This document shows positions 37,982 through 50,919 of a stretch of 64,000 nt of DNA, piece after piece; the stretch's first letter is position 1, and every line of letters begins with the position of its first letter. Source of the stretch: Felis catus (Eukaryota). A program made the position numbers and the translations under genes. Where the stretch lies: the NCBI RefSeq assembly GCF_018350175.1, contig NC_058369.1, forward strand, positions 10,666,001 through 10,730,000, read 5' to 3'. Below the pieces are notes generated by a model. The model searched no databases and was not told the DNA's origin. It worked only from the letters and a program-made list of their open reading frames with translations.

Positions 37982-39207
37982 TGCCATAAAATATTTAATA
38001 AAGGAAATTGGGTGCATATTAAATGACAGGAACAGGCAAAGGAATGAAGGTATGCTGTTATTCCTGCCAGGGGAAGGCATCTACCCCCTTAGATTATCTG
38101 CTTTAGGAAAAAGGAAATTTGTTATACCCAAGTCATACCAAGTATGAAAGTTTATGTTAACCACTCTAGGAAAAGGTCATATCTGGAAGTGGAATCAACA
38201 TGAAATTAACTCTATAACAACTCATATTTAGTCTCCAAGATCTAATTTTCTTTAACACAGTTGAAAACAGAAGTTCATTGAAGATAAAAATAGAAATCAC
38301 AACCCATGATTCTTCAATTACTTTGTCACTGATCTACGTGATTCCCCTCGGCAGGCATTACTGGCTTTCTTCTAATGTTTTGATAGGTGGGACCATCCTC
38401 AGGATATATTCCTTGTCAGTTCCTACCTTAATAGTCCTCATTTATAGATCATAAAAGCAAGGTGGGTATTCTGTCAGTGGCCAACTTTGTCATTTCTAAA
38501 TATGCATCTCAGAAAGTGGGTATGAATAACAGAATAAATCTGTGGACTTGCCATGGTCTTTGTGAGACAGAGTAAGTGAACTCCTTCATTCACCACGCAA
38601 CCTTTATGCCACCACTTTGATTGGGAAGCTGCAATGGCATTTTGCTTTAGTGTTAGAGCCAGAATCCAGTTTTCAAAAAAAAAAATGATCTTAGTATTTT
38701 CCTTTTTACCCCGTTCACTCTTTTCCAGGTAGAAGGCCACAGGTCTTTTGAATTCTAGCATTTTGGTCAATGTTAACTCTTGCTAAGAAAAAAAGAGAGA
38801 GAATGCACAGAAGGGAGGGAGAAACAAAGGAGTGATGGAAGAAGGGAATAAAGAAAAATAGAAAGAATGAAAGAATGAGAAACAAGTGGAAGCCAATTTC
38901 TATGGAATAAATAGTCCCTCTATGACCATTAAGTGAACAATGTGCTGTCACTAAGGCAGGAACAGAATGGCAGTGTCGTACAGCTGGCATTCATGAAACA
39001 TTAGGAACCTGCTGCTTCACATCACTGCCTTTGGGTAAGGTTAGGAGGAAAATGTTGATCATAATGCATGGCGGTTTTATAAGTCCATCCTCAACAGGGG
39101 TGGGACCTGGGTCACTGAAAAGTCTCAGGTCTGAGAATCAAGTGAGAGATTGTGACTCTTCATTTGGGTGACTCATGTCAAACCTCCTCACCTCGGAACT
39201 AGAGTTG

Positions 39208-39416
39208 TTTTTCTTTTAAGTTTATTTATTTATTTTGAGAGAGACAGAGAAACCTAGAGTGGGGAAGGGGCAGAGAGAGATGGAGAGAGGGAATCCCAAG
39301 AAGGCTCCATACTGCCAGTGCAGAGCATGACTTGGGGCTCAAGCCCATGAACCATGAGATCATGACCTGAGCCAAAATCAAGAGTCTGCCGCTTAACTGA
39401 GCCACCCAGGCACCCC
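39208..39416 (-). mobile_element. CAN-SINE
   Basis: TSD GAACTAGAGTT. Confidence 0.9.
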
Positions 39417-39884
39417 GAACTAGAGTTTTTATATTTACATAGATTGTTAGGTCTTTGAAAATTTTATTTGATGCATCCAAATACCATGATCAGTCGCCTT
39501 TTCCAAAGATCCCAGTGGCTTAATGTGTTGGAAAGAATAAGCTGGCTGTCCTGCTTATCACATTAATGCCTCTGGTGGCCACGTGATTCACATATGGTGT
39601 TTGCAGTTCCCGACCACATTCTGTCTCCCGGGGTCAGAAGGAACTCATCTCAACTTCAGCAGCTCCCATCTTAGCTCTATCATACGTGGAAAACCACGAC
39701 ACAGCTGCTGTACTCCTCACAAATTCTTTTCTCAATCTCTTGGTGAATGTAATGACCTTTGAACCCATCTGGAGTGATATTTGGGTAGCGAGTGATTGTG
39801 CAAACATGAGAGATCTAATGCCACATTCCTGTTGGCTTGTACCTTGCTTTCCTTGTTATGTATAGCTCTATATAGCTGTACATA

Positions 39885-39919
<35 letters not shown>

Positions 39920-39946
39920 GTAGATAGATAGATAGATAGATTAGAT

Positions 39947-40202
39947 AACTAGATTATCTAATTTGTTGGCGTACAATGTTTCATAACATTCTCTTATGTT
40001 CATTTTTCTATGGTCCACACTAATGTCCACACTTTTATCTCTTACTTCAGTAACTTACGTCTACTCTCTTCACTTCATTTCAGTTTATCTTAACTTCTGT
40101 CATTTTTATTATTGTTCTCAACAAACCAACTTTTCTTTTCATTGATTTTCTTTCTTGTTTTACTGGTTTATATTTTTATTATCACAAATCTTTATTGTTT
40201 CC
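39947..40202 (+). repeat. About 255-bp direct copy of 42305-42558
   Basis: Near-identical from AACTAGATTATCTAATTTG to TTTATTATCA..TTTCC. Confidence 0.95.
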
Positions 40203-40509
40203 TATATACATACACATATATACTGTATAATAACATACTTAGGACCCTGAACTGCTTTTAGAACAGGCCATCACTGAATCCAAACTTCAGTCAACTAAGC
40301 GATAAAAATATATTTAAATATGCTCATTTGTTCAAGCTGCCATATGGACCTGGGTTTCTGATAATCACTCCATCAATATATTTGGTTTGCTCACAAATTC
40401 CTTTCCATATTCCATCAAGCATGATCAGTAGAATTCATTCTGTTGTACATTCATTAAATTTTTATTAAAAAATTAGAAAAATCTCACAAGTACTTGGATA
40501 CCTTAATTT

Positions 40510-40511
<2 letters not shown>

Positions 40512-40557
<46 letters not shown>

Positions 40558-40764
40558 AAATATATATATATATATATATATATATAAGAGAGAGAGGGAG
40601 AGAGCAAGGGAGGGGCAGAGAGACAGGGAGACACAGAATCTGAAGCAGGCTCCAGGCTCTGAGCTGTCAGCACAGAGCCCAATGGGGGGCTCAAACTCAT
40701 GAACCACAAGATCATGGCTTGAGCCTAAACTGGACACTTAACCAGTTGAGCCAGCCAGGTGCCC
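40512..40764 (-). mobile_element. CAN-SINE with (AT)n tail
   Basis: TSD CCTTAATTT. Confidence 0.9.
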
Positions 40765-41289
40765 CTTAATTTAATCTTATCTAAACTTTGCATTTATCTC
40801 TGTGGTGTCCTGAGATCTGACGTCAGATGTTGGCTCAGGGAAGAGGAAAAGGAATGGACATGACAAGAATCGGCAGGCATCCCCTTGCAAGGTGAATGTG
40901 TTTTAGGTGAAGTGATTACAAAGCTTTTAGACGAGGTACTGTGTGGCTCATCAGACAGGTCAAGATGTGCTGTGTGGGCCAAGCTGAAGCCTCTGTGTAG
41001 TTGGACAAATCAGAGTATTTGAATTTACCCAAATCCTAGATTCTTTCTACTCACTATTGTTCTCAACTGTCTCTTTACAAATGATGCCTTGAATTTTATA
41101 AAAGATATTTAGCAGGCTATGAATTCAACTTATTTTGTAGCACATCCATATGTGAGATCTGACTTTGTTTTTGTTCCATTCCCATACTGAGATACAGCTT
41201 TGAGAGATCAGAGATTTGATTTATGCAGTTCTGTATATGTCCTGATTATTGTATTCTAAATAATCTGAGGATCTAAAACCCCTATCTTT

Positions 41290-43170
41290 GTCATGTCTTT
41301 CCGTAGCCTCTCCAGTGCAATTGAAAGCGCTCAGCACACTCCCAACTTTATTCCTTTTCATGGCTGGATAACATCCCATGTATGGATACCCATGTATGGT
41401 CATTTGATGACCATGTGGGTAGTAACCATCTGTTGGCTACTGCCAATCTTTTCCCCATGTAACTACTTTCCATTCCAATCAGCAATGCATGAGGCTCCCA
41501 ATTTCTCCACATCCTTGTAAACATTTCTCATATTCCATTTGAAAAATAGTAGCCTTCCTATGAGTGTGATTTGGTATCTCACGGTTGTGAGTTGTAGTTC
41601 CCTAATGACTGTTGATGTTGAACACATGCCTCTTGACCCCTTGTATGTCCTCCTTGGGGAAATGTCTAGTTAGGTCTTTTGTCCGTTTTCAAATTGGGCT
41701 GTTATTTCTGTTGTTGAGTTTTTGTACTCGTTACATAGTCCTGATATTCAACTCTTACCAAATGTATAATTTGCAAACATACTGTGCTCTCCTACGGGTT
41801 GTATTTCTGCTCTCTTCATAGTGTCTATTGATACACTAAAGGGTTCAATGTGGTCCCGTTTTCTTTTCTTTTTCTTTTGTTGTTTGTGCGTTTGGTGTCA
41901 TATTTAAGAAATCAGTGTCAAAATTCCCCTTGGTCACAGTGTAGGATCCTTTTAACATGTTCCTGGATTCCATTCGCTAGTAGTTTGTAGAAGATTTTTG
42001 CAGCTATACTCATAAGAACACTGGACTGTAATTTACATTTTTGTTTTCTTCAGTTAGGTGTCAGGGCGGTCATGATACCATCAAATATGTTTTGGAAGGG
42101 TTTGAGAAAGTTTAGTATAAATTAAGGTTTGATAGGATTAACCAATGAAGCCATCAGATCCTGGACTTTCCTCTGTTGGAAAGGTTTTTTTTTTTTTTAA
42201 ATTATTATTATTGTTCTAATATCCTTATTTGTTATAGATCTATTCAGATTTTTCATTTCTACTTGAGCCACTTTGTTAGTGTGTTTCTAGGAATGCATCC
42301 GTTCAACTAGATTATCTAATTTGTTGGTGTACAATGTTTCATAACATTCTCTTATGTTCATTTTCCTATGGTCCACACTAATGTCCACACTTTCGTCTCT
42401 TACTTCAGTAACTTATGTCTACTCTCTTCACTTTATTTCAGTTTATCTTAACTTTTGTCATTTTTATTAATGTTCTCAACAAACCAACTTTTATTTTCAT
42501 TGATTTTCTTTCTTGTTTTACTGGTTTATATTTTTATTATCATGGATCTATTATTTCCTTAAGTAGCTTGGAGTTGAGTTTGCTATTATTATTATTAATT
42601 ATTTCTTTAAGGTATAAAATTAGGATATTGATTTGAAGTCTTTCTTTTTTTTTTTTTTTTAGATGTAGACATTAATAGCTATAAACTTACCCTCTGATCA
42701 TTGCTTTTGCCAAACTCATAAGTTCTGGGAGGTTGTATTCTTGTTTTTGTTCTTTTTTTTAAATTAATGTTTCTTTTTGAGAGAGAGAGACAGACAGAAC
42801 ACGAGTGTGGAGGAGCAGAGAGAGAGGACGACATAGAATCCAAAGCAGGCTCCAGGCTCTGAGCTGTCCACACAGAGTCCGGCATGGGGTTTGAACTCAT
42901 GAGCCATGAGATCATAACCTGAACCAAAGTCCGATGCTTAACTTACTGAGCCACCCAGGTGCCCCTTGTTTTTGTTCTTATCAAAGTGTTTTGTAATATC
43001 CCTCATTGTTTCTTCTTGGACTCACTGGTTGGTTAAGTGTGTGTTTTTGAACCTTCATGTATTTGGCAATTTTCTAGTTTTCCTTCTGATACTGATGTCT
43101 AGTTTCCCTTCATTTGATTGGAGAAGATATTTTATATCATTTTAAACTTTTAAAAATTATTGAAGCATAT
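41290..43170 (-). mobile_element. Old fragmented antisense L1
   Basis: Degraded L1 3'/ORF2 motifs (GGGAAATGTCTAGTTAGGTCTTTTG, GAAGCCATCAGATCCTGGACTTT). Confidence 0.7.
42754..42965 (-). mobile_element. CAN-SINE
   Basis: TSD TTGTTTTTGTTCTT. Confidence 0.9.
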
Positions 43171-43529
43171 TCAACATTTTGATGTAGTAACAGGAATCAT
43201 CAGAGTCTCCACTCTCCGCCTTTCCCCACCCCCACCCCCAGGAATTATCTCATTGTTTGCTGGGGGTTATAGTCTGTTGAGTATTATTCTGAACTGTTTT
43301 AGTAATGACTGCATTCTCTTTCATGTGTGATCTCAGATGTCTCTGTTCTTTTAGCTTGGGTGTCAGCGTGCAGTTTGAAAGAGAATTTGTTTAATGTCAT
43401 GATTGAGGACAACACCAGAGAAAATAGATGGGAGAAAGAAGATATTCTGGTATAATCATGGTGTCCCTCCAGAATCAAGGCTAGAGCAGGCATTGTGGGT
43501 TTCTCTGCATTACAGCGGCCATACCTAAA

Positions 43530-43937
43530 AAGACCTAAAAAGGTCTTTTTCTGGGAGGAAAGAGTCCAAAGAGGTAAGAACTCCAAAGATGTCTCCCAGG
43601 ATTAAATCCAGCACATGAGCACATGTCTGCACCGTGTTTTTCTCTTTTAGCTCCAGGGAACAAAATCTCTCAAGGTATAGAGAGACAAAAGAATACTTCA
43701 TCAACAGGACTGTTGGGAATTCAGCTCCTAAAGCCACAGAAATTCTTAAATGCTTCCACTAGGCCCTCTAAAGTCAATTCTACTAATTTCGGATGGTGAG
43801 GAAACACAGTTGTGTCTTCCAGAGACCTCATGAGTGGTTCCATCACCCTGCCCTTTCTGGGGGCAAATTCATTCATCTCAGTGGGAAGGAACTTCATGAG
43901 TGAGCTCAGACTTTTTTGTGATAATATCTGGGTGAAC
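43530..43937 (+). promoter_or_regulatory. Candidate promoter / 5' non-coding exon(s) of OR-3
   Basis: Homologous to 31600-32007. Donor GAG|GTAAGA at 43574, acceptor TTTTTCTCTTTTAG at 43650, O/E-like CTCCAGGGAA, weaker donor G|GTGAAC at 43932. Confidence 0.5.
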
Positions 43938-44506
43938 CACAGCATTTTCACAGGTACTGGGGAGTATGATAATGATGCATAGGACTCTCTTTATTGGCAG
44001 TAACTTTATGTCATACAAAAGGATAACAAGTAAAGAAATGTTTGTTAATACAAAATCCTGGCACGTTTACGTCCCAGATTTTGGAAGTCAATAAGTGGGA
44101 TGCACTCAAATGTCTTTCTGCACCCATCGGTCTCCTCTGGTGTTGGCTGTCCATCATGGGGCCTCCCTGTCTCAATGGTTTGTTCTGTTGCTTCACTGTT
44201 TCTTCCTTTTCCCTGTTAGCGGTATCTCTTTTTAATGCCACTCAACCATTCGTTCTTTCCACAAACATTTATTGAGAAATTACTGCATGGTAGGAACTAA
44301 CATATTCTGGGAATAAAGAAATTAATAAGGTATTGTTTCTTCTCTCGAGGTGCTCCTCATCTAAACAGAGGAAGAAACATAGAAATAAGTAAATGCAATC
44401 TCTGATATGGTATTCCAATTCTGGTGAAGTGGGTCCTAAAATAGTAGACTTTTCCTGAGGAGATTAGTGAAGGCTTCACAGTCAAGGTTTTAAATGTACA
44501 GAGCTT

Positions 44507-44661
44507 TGGGGCATCTGGGGGGCTCAGTCGATTAAGCATCCAACTTGAGCTCAGGTCATGATCTCACCTTTTGTGGGATCGAGCCCCACGTTGGGCTCTG
44601 TGCTGACAGCCCAGAGCCTGGAGCCTGCTTCGGATTCTGTGTCTCCCTGTCTCTCTGCCCC
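44507..44661 (+). mobile_element. 3'-truncated CAN-SINE fused to ERV-L gag
   Basis: Head and body present; tail and TSD absent. Confidence 0.9.
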
Positions 44662-45955
44662 TTGACAAAGGCCTTGATGAAGCTGGAGAATTGAGTCCCT
44701 AAGTCTTCTTTGCCAGTGGAAGCTGTCTACCTACCCCAATGGGTTTGGCCTCCCCATGCCTAGTGATAGGGTCACCCGCCGCCCCAGTGGTAGTGGCCTC
44801 CATACCCACAGTGGTGTCACCTCTCCACTTCAGTCTGAGGGGTTAACTCTGCTTTGCCTGAGGAAACGAATGCCTCCCCACCAGGCAGTTGCCACCCAAG
44901 ACAATGCCAAATCTCCTCATGTCCCACCCTTAACACTCCTCTTTGCTTCTAGATCCATAATTAGACTCATTTGCCGGCAGGCCCCTAAGGATAAGGTGCA
45001 GTGTGATCTGTGAGAAAGTGTTCTACACTCCAGAAGAACGACTTGAGTTTTCTAATTTATACAGACAGAAATCCAGGGAACATGTGTGGGAAAGGATAGA
45101 TTCAGAGTGTGGGCTAATGTGGGAAAGAACATAAAGTTGGAACGGGCTGAATGTATTGATATGGGCTCACTAAGCAGAGATTCTGCGTTTAATGTTGCAG
45201 CCTGGGAATTTACAGTTTGTTTGGTGGAACCCGGACCACAGGTAGCCCACAGTGAGTGAGTTGGAAATGCCAGACCTGCCTAGGTTTAATGTAGAGTTGT
45301 GGATTTAGAGGCTTGGGGAGATTGGAGTGTTAGAATGGGTTTATCGGGTTAGACCTACTCACCCACGCTGGAAGAGTCCAGAGGACATACCTTGCACAAT
45401 GACTATGAGAAATGGATTGTGAGGGGAGCCACAATATCCTTGATGAGCTCTGGGATTGCTGTTCTCTGTAGGCTAGATCTTACAGTGGAAACTTCAGCCA
45501 CCATGTTGGAAAACTTAAATGAAGTGGGAGTAATTGGGTCCTGGGATGGCAGAGGCCAAGTAGCAGCATCAACAACCGAAGGCAAAGTACAAATGATTGC
45601 TGTAGTGGACTGGAATAGTCTGACTTACTCCAATGGTTGGTGGTGACTAGTTGACCGTGGTGCTCCTGGAAGAGAAATTAGGTAGAAAGTCTATTAAATT
45701 CTTGCTTGATCTGTTTAAGCAGAAAAGTTCAAGGTCAAGTAAACAAAAACTAACCTTAATCAAAAACAGTGAGTCCCAACCTCTTAATAAATTCCCAGAG
45801 ATGGTTTACAGACCTAGAAATTTTGGAATGAAAGGGGGCCAAGTCCTCTTGAGGAAGGACCCCTGTATACTACCCTAAACTTATTTGATTAATCTTTTTC
45901 CTCACCTTCCCAATCAGGACCTTCAGCCTTTTACCAGGGTAATTGTATAGGGTAA
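44662..45955 (+). mobile_element. ERV-L (class III ERV) gag to start-of-pro remnant, no LTRs
   Basis: Hand translation from 45024 gives YTPEERLEFSNLYRQKSREHVWERI, then after a frameshift RVWANVGKNIKLERAECIDMGSLSRDSAFNVAA, typical of HERV-L/MuERV-L gag; ends near DLQPFTRV. Confidence 0.85.
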
Positions 45956-46011
45956 CTGCTTGAGGTTAAATCTGCATTTCTTTGTCTCTTTTCCACCATT
46001 TCATCAGCTAC

Positions 46012-46950
46012 ATGGAATCAGAAAATCAAACATGTGTTTCAGAATTTATCCTCCTGGGTGTCTCAGAAGATGTATTACTCCAGCCCCTCCTCTTTGGACT
46101 GTTTTTGTCCATGTATCTGGTCACATCCATTGGGAACCTGCTCATCATCGTGGCCGTTATCATGGACTCCCACCTCCACACGCCCATGTACTTCTTTCTC
46201 TCCAATCTCTCTTTGGCAGACATCTGTTTCATCTCCACCACCATCCCTAAGATGCTACTGAACATCCAGACACAGAGCAAAGTCATTACCTATGCAGGAT
46301 GCATCACCCAGTTGTACTTTTTCATGCTTTTTGGAGTTCTGGACAACTTCCTCCTGACTGTGATGGCCTATGACCGGTTTGTGGCCATCTGTCACCCCCT
46401 CCACTACACGATCATCATGAACCCCCGCCTCTGTGGGCTCCTGCTTCTGGCATCCTGGATCATGACTGCCCTGCACTCATTGTTACAGAGCTTAATGGTT
46501 TTGCGACTCTCTTTTTGTGAAGAGTTGGAAATCCCTCATTTTTTCTGTGAACTTAATCAGCTAATCCATCTTGCTTGTTCTGATACTTTTCTCAATGATT
46601 TGGTGATGTATTTTGCTACTGGCCTTGTAGCTATTGTTCCACTCACAGGGATCCTCTTCTCTTACTCTAAGATTGTAACCTCCATTTCCAGAATTTCATC
46701 AGCTGGAGGCAAGTACAAAGCATTTTCTACATGTGGGTCTCACCTCTCAGTTGTCTCCTTGTTCTATGGCACAAGCCTTGGGGTGTATCTGAGTTCTGCT
46801 GCTGCACAAAACTCCAGGGCCAGTGCCATAGCCTCAGTCATGTACACAGTGGTCACCCCCATGCTGAACCCTTTTATCTATAGTCTAAAAAACAAAGACA
46901 TAAAGCAAGCCCTTAAAAAGCTCTTCAGCCAAGAAACGTTCTCTACATAA
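46012..46950 (+). CDS. Olfactory receptor family 7, intact, 312 aa; called OR-3
   Basis: ATG 46012 (MESENQT) after TCATCAG acceptor; canonical [44 protein letters not shown]. Confidence 0.96.
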   Translation: MESENQTCVSEFILLGVSEDVLLQPLLFGLFLSMYLVTSIGNLLIIVAVIMDSHLHTPMYFFLSNLSLADICFISTTIPKMLLNIQTQSKVITYAGCITQLYFFMLFGVLDNFLLTVMAYDRFVAICHPLHYTIIMNPRLCGLLLLASWIMTALHSLLQSLMVLRLSFCEELEIPHFFCELNQLIHLACSDTFLNDLVMYFATGLVAIVPLTGILFSYSKIVTSISRISSAGGKYKAFSTCGSHLSVVSLFYGTSLGVYLSSAAAQNSRASAIASVMYTVVTPMLNPFIYSLKNKDIKQALKKLFSQETFST

Positions 46951-49212
46951 GGGTATTATTTGTATGAAGACAGAGACTTGATCGTGAGTAACAATGCTCA
47001 AAACCCCACAGGACCTAAGTCATGATAATGTTATAAACTCACAGAATGGTAATCCGCAGTTTATGTTATCTCAAGGGTTCAGCCTCTTTAATTTTTCATA
47101 CATGATAAGTAACTGTTTCTTCTGTATTTTATTTAAAACTTTGATCTCTCATATTTTGGGAGGTCAGTGTGGGAAATAGAATCCAGTGCATGAGTGTTCA
47201 GCAGCAAATATATGTAATACAGGAGGTTTAGTACTTATAATATTATAGGAAGAGCTAGAGGAATAAATGTGTAATGCTTCCCGTGCCAATGAGAGCAGCT
47301 GCCCTCAAAGAAAATTCTGGTCTCAAAGAAAATTTACTTGACACATCAAAGGCTATATACCAATCACTAAAGTTTGTGTGAATCCACTTTAGAAATTGAA
47401 CACATTGCAGAACAGAAGAAACTGGAGTCACCATTGGGTAAAGTCTACAATAATCCACATTCACTCTCTAAGATCTAATTTTCTTCTGCACCATCTAAAA
47501 CATGAGTCTGGCACAACAGAAATGACAGCCCTTGACATTCAAGAATTGATAGTGTCATTGATCTTTGGAATTTCCCCAGGGATGCATTGCTATTCTTAAC
47601 ATTTTTATAGGCAAGAACACTATCAGAGGATCTATTTTGCTCCCTCTTAATATAATGTCCCTTTCTCAGATTATAAAAGCACTGTGGGTATTTTGCCAAA
47701 TTCCATCTATGGCTTTTCCATCTCTTCATGTTAGAAATTAGGTCATAATAACAGGATACAGTTATGGACCTGAAACGCACTTTGTGAAACATAATGAGGT
47801 TAATACTTTGTCATCACCTGACCCAGAAGTGACATCACTAATTTGTATGCTATAATGGTAATTTCCTATTTCAGACTCCCTACTTCACAATTTTCTGATA
47901 AATTTCCACAGGAAGGAAGGAAGGAAGGGAAAGAAAGAAAGAAATGAATGGTAGAAAAATGCCCAATTACATTATTTGCCAATTTCTATAGTATAAATCT
48001 CTCACATGGCTAACTTTAAGCTACCCATGTGACTTTTACCCAACAAAGTGGGATGAGACATGCATGGTCATACCTCATAACCCATTAGGAACCAGCTCCA
48101 GCACATAAACATCTTTGTGTAAAGTCAGGAGAAAAATAAAGAGCATTAGTGTGTTGCAGTTCTAATGTTTTTTCAAGGTGAGCTGGTCCCATCATTTGAG
48201 GGTCAATGAAAAGTCTCAGGCTTGAGTAATTGCGACTCTTCATTCTGATGACTTAGGCCAACTTTCTTTGTATGAGAACTTGAATTTTTCTTAGTTATAC
48301 AGATGGATGGGATCTTAGTAAGATGCCCATCACTTTTAATTAAGAAGGCATCAAGATCAATGGCCTATTCCAAAAAGTCCCTATGGTTCAATCAATTTTG
48401 ATTAACGTTTGATCTTTCTACCCATTACATTAACGATAAATTCTTCACCTCTCACTTTGAGTGACATCTGCTCGGTCTCTGCCAGTTTGGGATGTCATTC
48501 TCTCTGTTGAACCTAGGTTGAACGTGTTCCAATGTCAGCACCTCCCATGTTGTGATAACTCCGTCACGCAGAGGACAACCACTACAGAACTCTGCAGAGA
48601 TGTCGCACACCTCACCAATGTATTTCTCAATCTCTTGTTGATACTATGGCCTCTGACTGCTTTCTTAAGACATTCTTGGGAGTTTAGATGTTGAATCACT
48701 GGAGATAAATCTACACAGCACTGCTTTGGTCTCATCCCATAAGTTTATGTATGTTGTGATTTATCTGAAGATCGTTTCTAATTTCCCCTATGATTTCTTC
48801 TTAGTCAATTGATTGTGCTCTGCAATTTTCACATAGTTGTGGATTTTCCAGTTTTCCTCCTTATATTGATTTCTAGTTTCATTCCCTGTGGTTGGAGAAG
48901 ATACTTAGAGTAATTTCAACTTAAAAATGTACTGAGAATTGTGTTTTCTGTCCTTTTTTGGTGTCAATTTGATTTTTGTATACTGACACACTTTGACTCC
49001 CTTCTCATTTCTTTTGGCCTGTAGTTTATAGATATTTTAGTTGTAGTTACCATGGGGATTACATGTAACATCCTAAGCTTGTAACAATATCATTTGAAGT
49101 GATATCAACTTGACTTCAACCATATATAAAACTCTACTCCTACACAGCTCTACCCATCATTTTATCATTATCAAAATTCACGTAATTATTAAAAAATTTT
49201 AAAGTAGGAGTA

Positions 49213-49449
49213 TTTTTATTTTTATTTATTTTTAATTATTTTATTTTATTTATTTGTTAAATTTATCTGAGGGAAAGTGAGAGAGCGAGCGAGATAGCAT
49301 GTGAGCAGGGAAGAGGATCAAAGGGAGAGAAAGAGAGAATTTACTAAGTGTGGACCCTGACTTGGGGCTCAATCCCACAATCCTGGGATCATGACCTGAA
49401 CCTAAATCAAGAATCAGGTATTCAACCAACTGAGCTACCCAGGTGCCCC
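49213..49449 (-). mobile_element. Older CAN-SINE
   Basis: Ends GAGCTACCCAGGTGCCCC. Confidence 0.88.
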
Positions 49450-49542
49450 TCATGTAATTATTTTTAAGCAGTTGTGTTGTAAGCCCTTCCACATACGGAA
49501 TGTGGAGTTAAAATCTGATATTACAAAATGCTGGTTTTTGAA

Positions 49543-49756
49543 TTTTTTTTTTTAACGTTTATTTATTTTGGGGACAGAGAGAGACAGAGCATGAACAGGG
49601 GAGGGGCAGAGAGAGAGGGAGACACAAAATCGGAAACAGGCTCCAGGCTCTGAGCCATCAGCCCAGAGCCTGACGCGGGGTTCGAACTCACGGACCGCGA
49701 GATCGTGACCTGGCTGAAGTCGGACGCTTAACCGACTGCGCCACCCAGGCGCCCCC
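49543..49756 (-). mobile_element. Young felid CAN-SINE
   Basis: CpG-intact; TSD CAAAATGCTGGTTTTT. Confidence 0.96.
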
Positions 49757-50704
49757 AAAATGCTGGTTTTTGTATTTTCCCATGTATTTAACTCCAGCCA
49801 AAATATTTCTGGCTTCCTAAGGCCTCACGTTACTGTGTAGTGTCCTTCCATTCTGAACTGAAGCACTCCCTTTGGCTTTTCTTGTAGGGCGGGCCCAGTA
49901 GGAATCCAACTGCCTTGGCTTTTGTTTATCTGAGAATGTCTGAAATTCTCCTTCATGTTTCATACACTTTCATGAGGTGTAGAATTCTAAGGTGACAATA
50001 TTTTCTTTCAGTAATTTAAATATATTATCCCATTGGCTCTGGCCTCCAAAGTTTCTGTGGAAAAAACGGCTTACAATCTTATTGAGGATCTCATGCATGA
50101 TGAGTTCTCACTTACTGAACTCAGGATTACCTCTTCTATATTTGGCTTTCAGTAGTTTGATTATGTGTCTCAGTGTGAATCTCTTTGTTTATCCTACTTT
50201 GAGTTCACTGAATTTCTTGGATATGTACATTAATTTATTTCATCAAATTTGGGGAGTTTCAGCAATTACTTCTTCCAATAATTACTTCTTTCTTTCAATT
50301 ACTTCTCTTTGCCCATTTCTCTCTTTTCTTTCTGGACTCCCTTAATGCTTGTGTTGGTTTTGGTAATGGAGTCCCACAAGTCTCTGAGGCTCTGTTTAGT
50401 TTTTCTTACTTCTTTTTTCTTTCTGCCCCTAACACTCAATAATTTCAACTGGCCTGTCTTCAAGTTCATGAATTATTTCTGTCTGTTCAAAGCTGCTGTT
50501 TTTAAAATAGATGGTCGCTTTCTTTATTATGATGAAGATATGTTACTTTAGACCTACATTAACATTGTACTAACTGGGGAAACCATACAAGCATTCCAAT
50601 AAAATCATAAACAAATCAAGCATTTAAAAATCATCTCCATTATAGTTCCTGCTACAACATCATAAACAAGACAAATAAAGTACAAGTAATCATTATTACA
50701 TTCA

Positions 50705-50910
50705 GATGGCTAATACTTACATGAGACTTCCTATATGTAAATGTTGTTCTAAGTGTTTTACATACAGAAATAATTTATTTCTCTCAAAAACTGTAGGGTA
50801 TTTGCAATGGAGATTACGTGTTACATATGAGGAAATCAAGGCACAGAAAGGTTAAGTAACTTCTATAGTCACACATCTAACAAGTGCTAGAGCTTAGATT
50901 TTGGAATTCT
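50705..50910 (+). mobile_element. MIR SINE
   Basis: MIR core TGAGGAAATCAAGGCACAGAAAGGTTAAGTAACTT...GTCACACA; strand tentative. Confidence 0.75.
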
Positions 50911-50919
50911 TTCCAGAAA

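Larger units (their letters stand above)
48710..50500 (-). mobile_element. Old fragmented antisense L1
   Basis: T-rich degraded L1 motifs (CATCAAATTTGGGGAGTTTCAGCAATTA, CCACAAGTCTCTGAGGCTCTG). Confidence 0.65.

Noticed and set aside
44662..45955. Fv1-like domesticated ERV-L gag gene or gag-OR fusion
   Set aside because: Multiple frameshifts and stops, only short open frames, and no frame continuous with OR-3.
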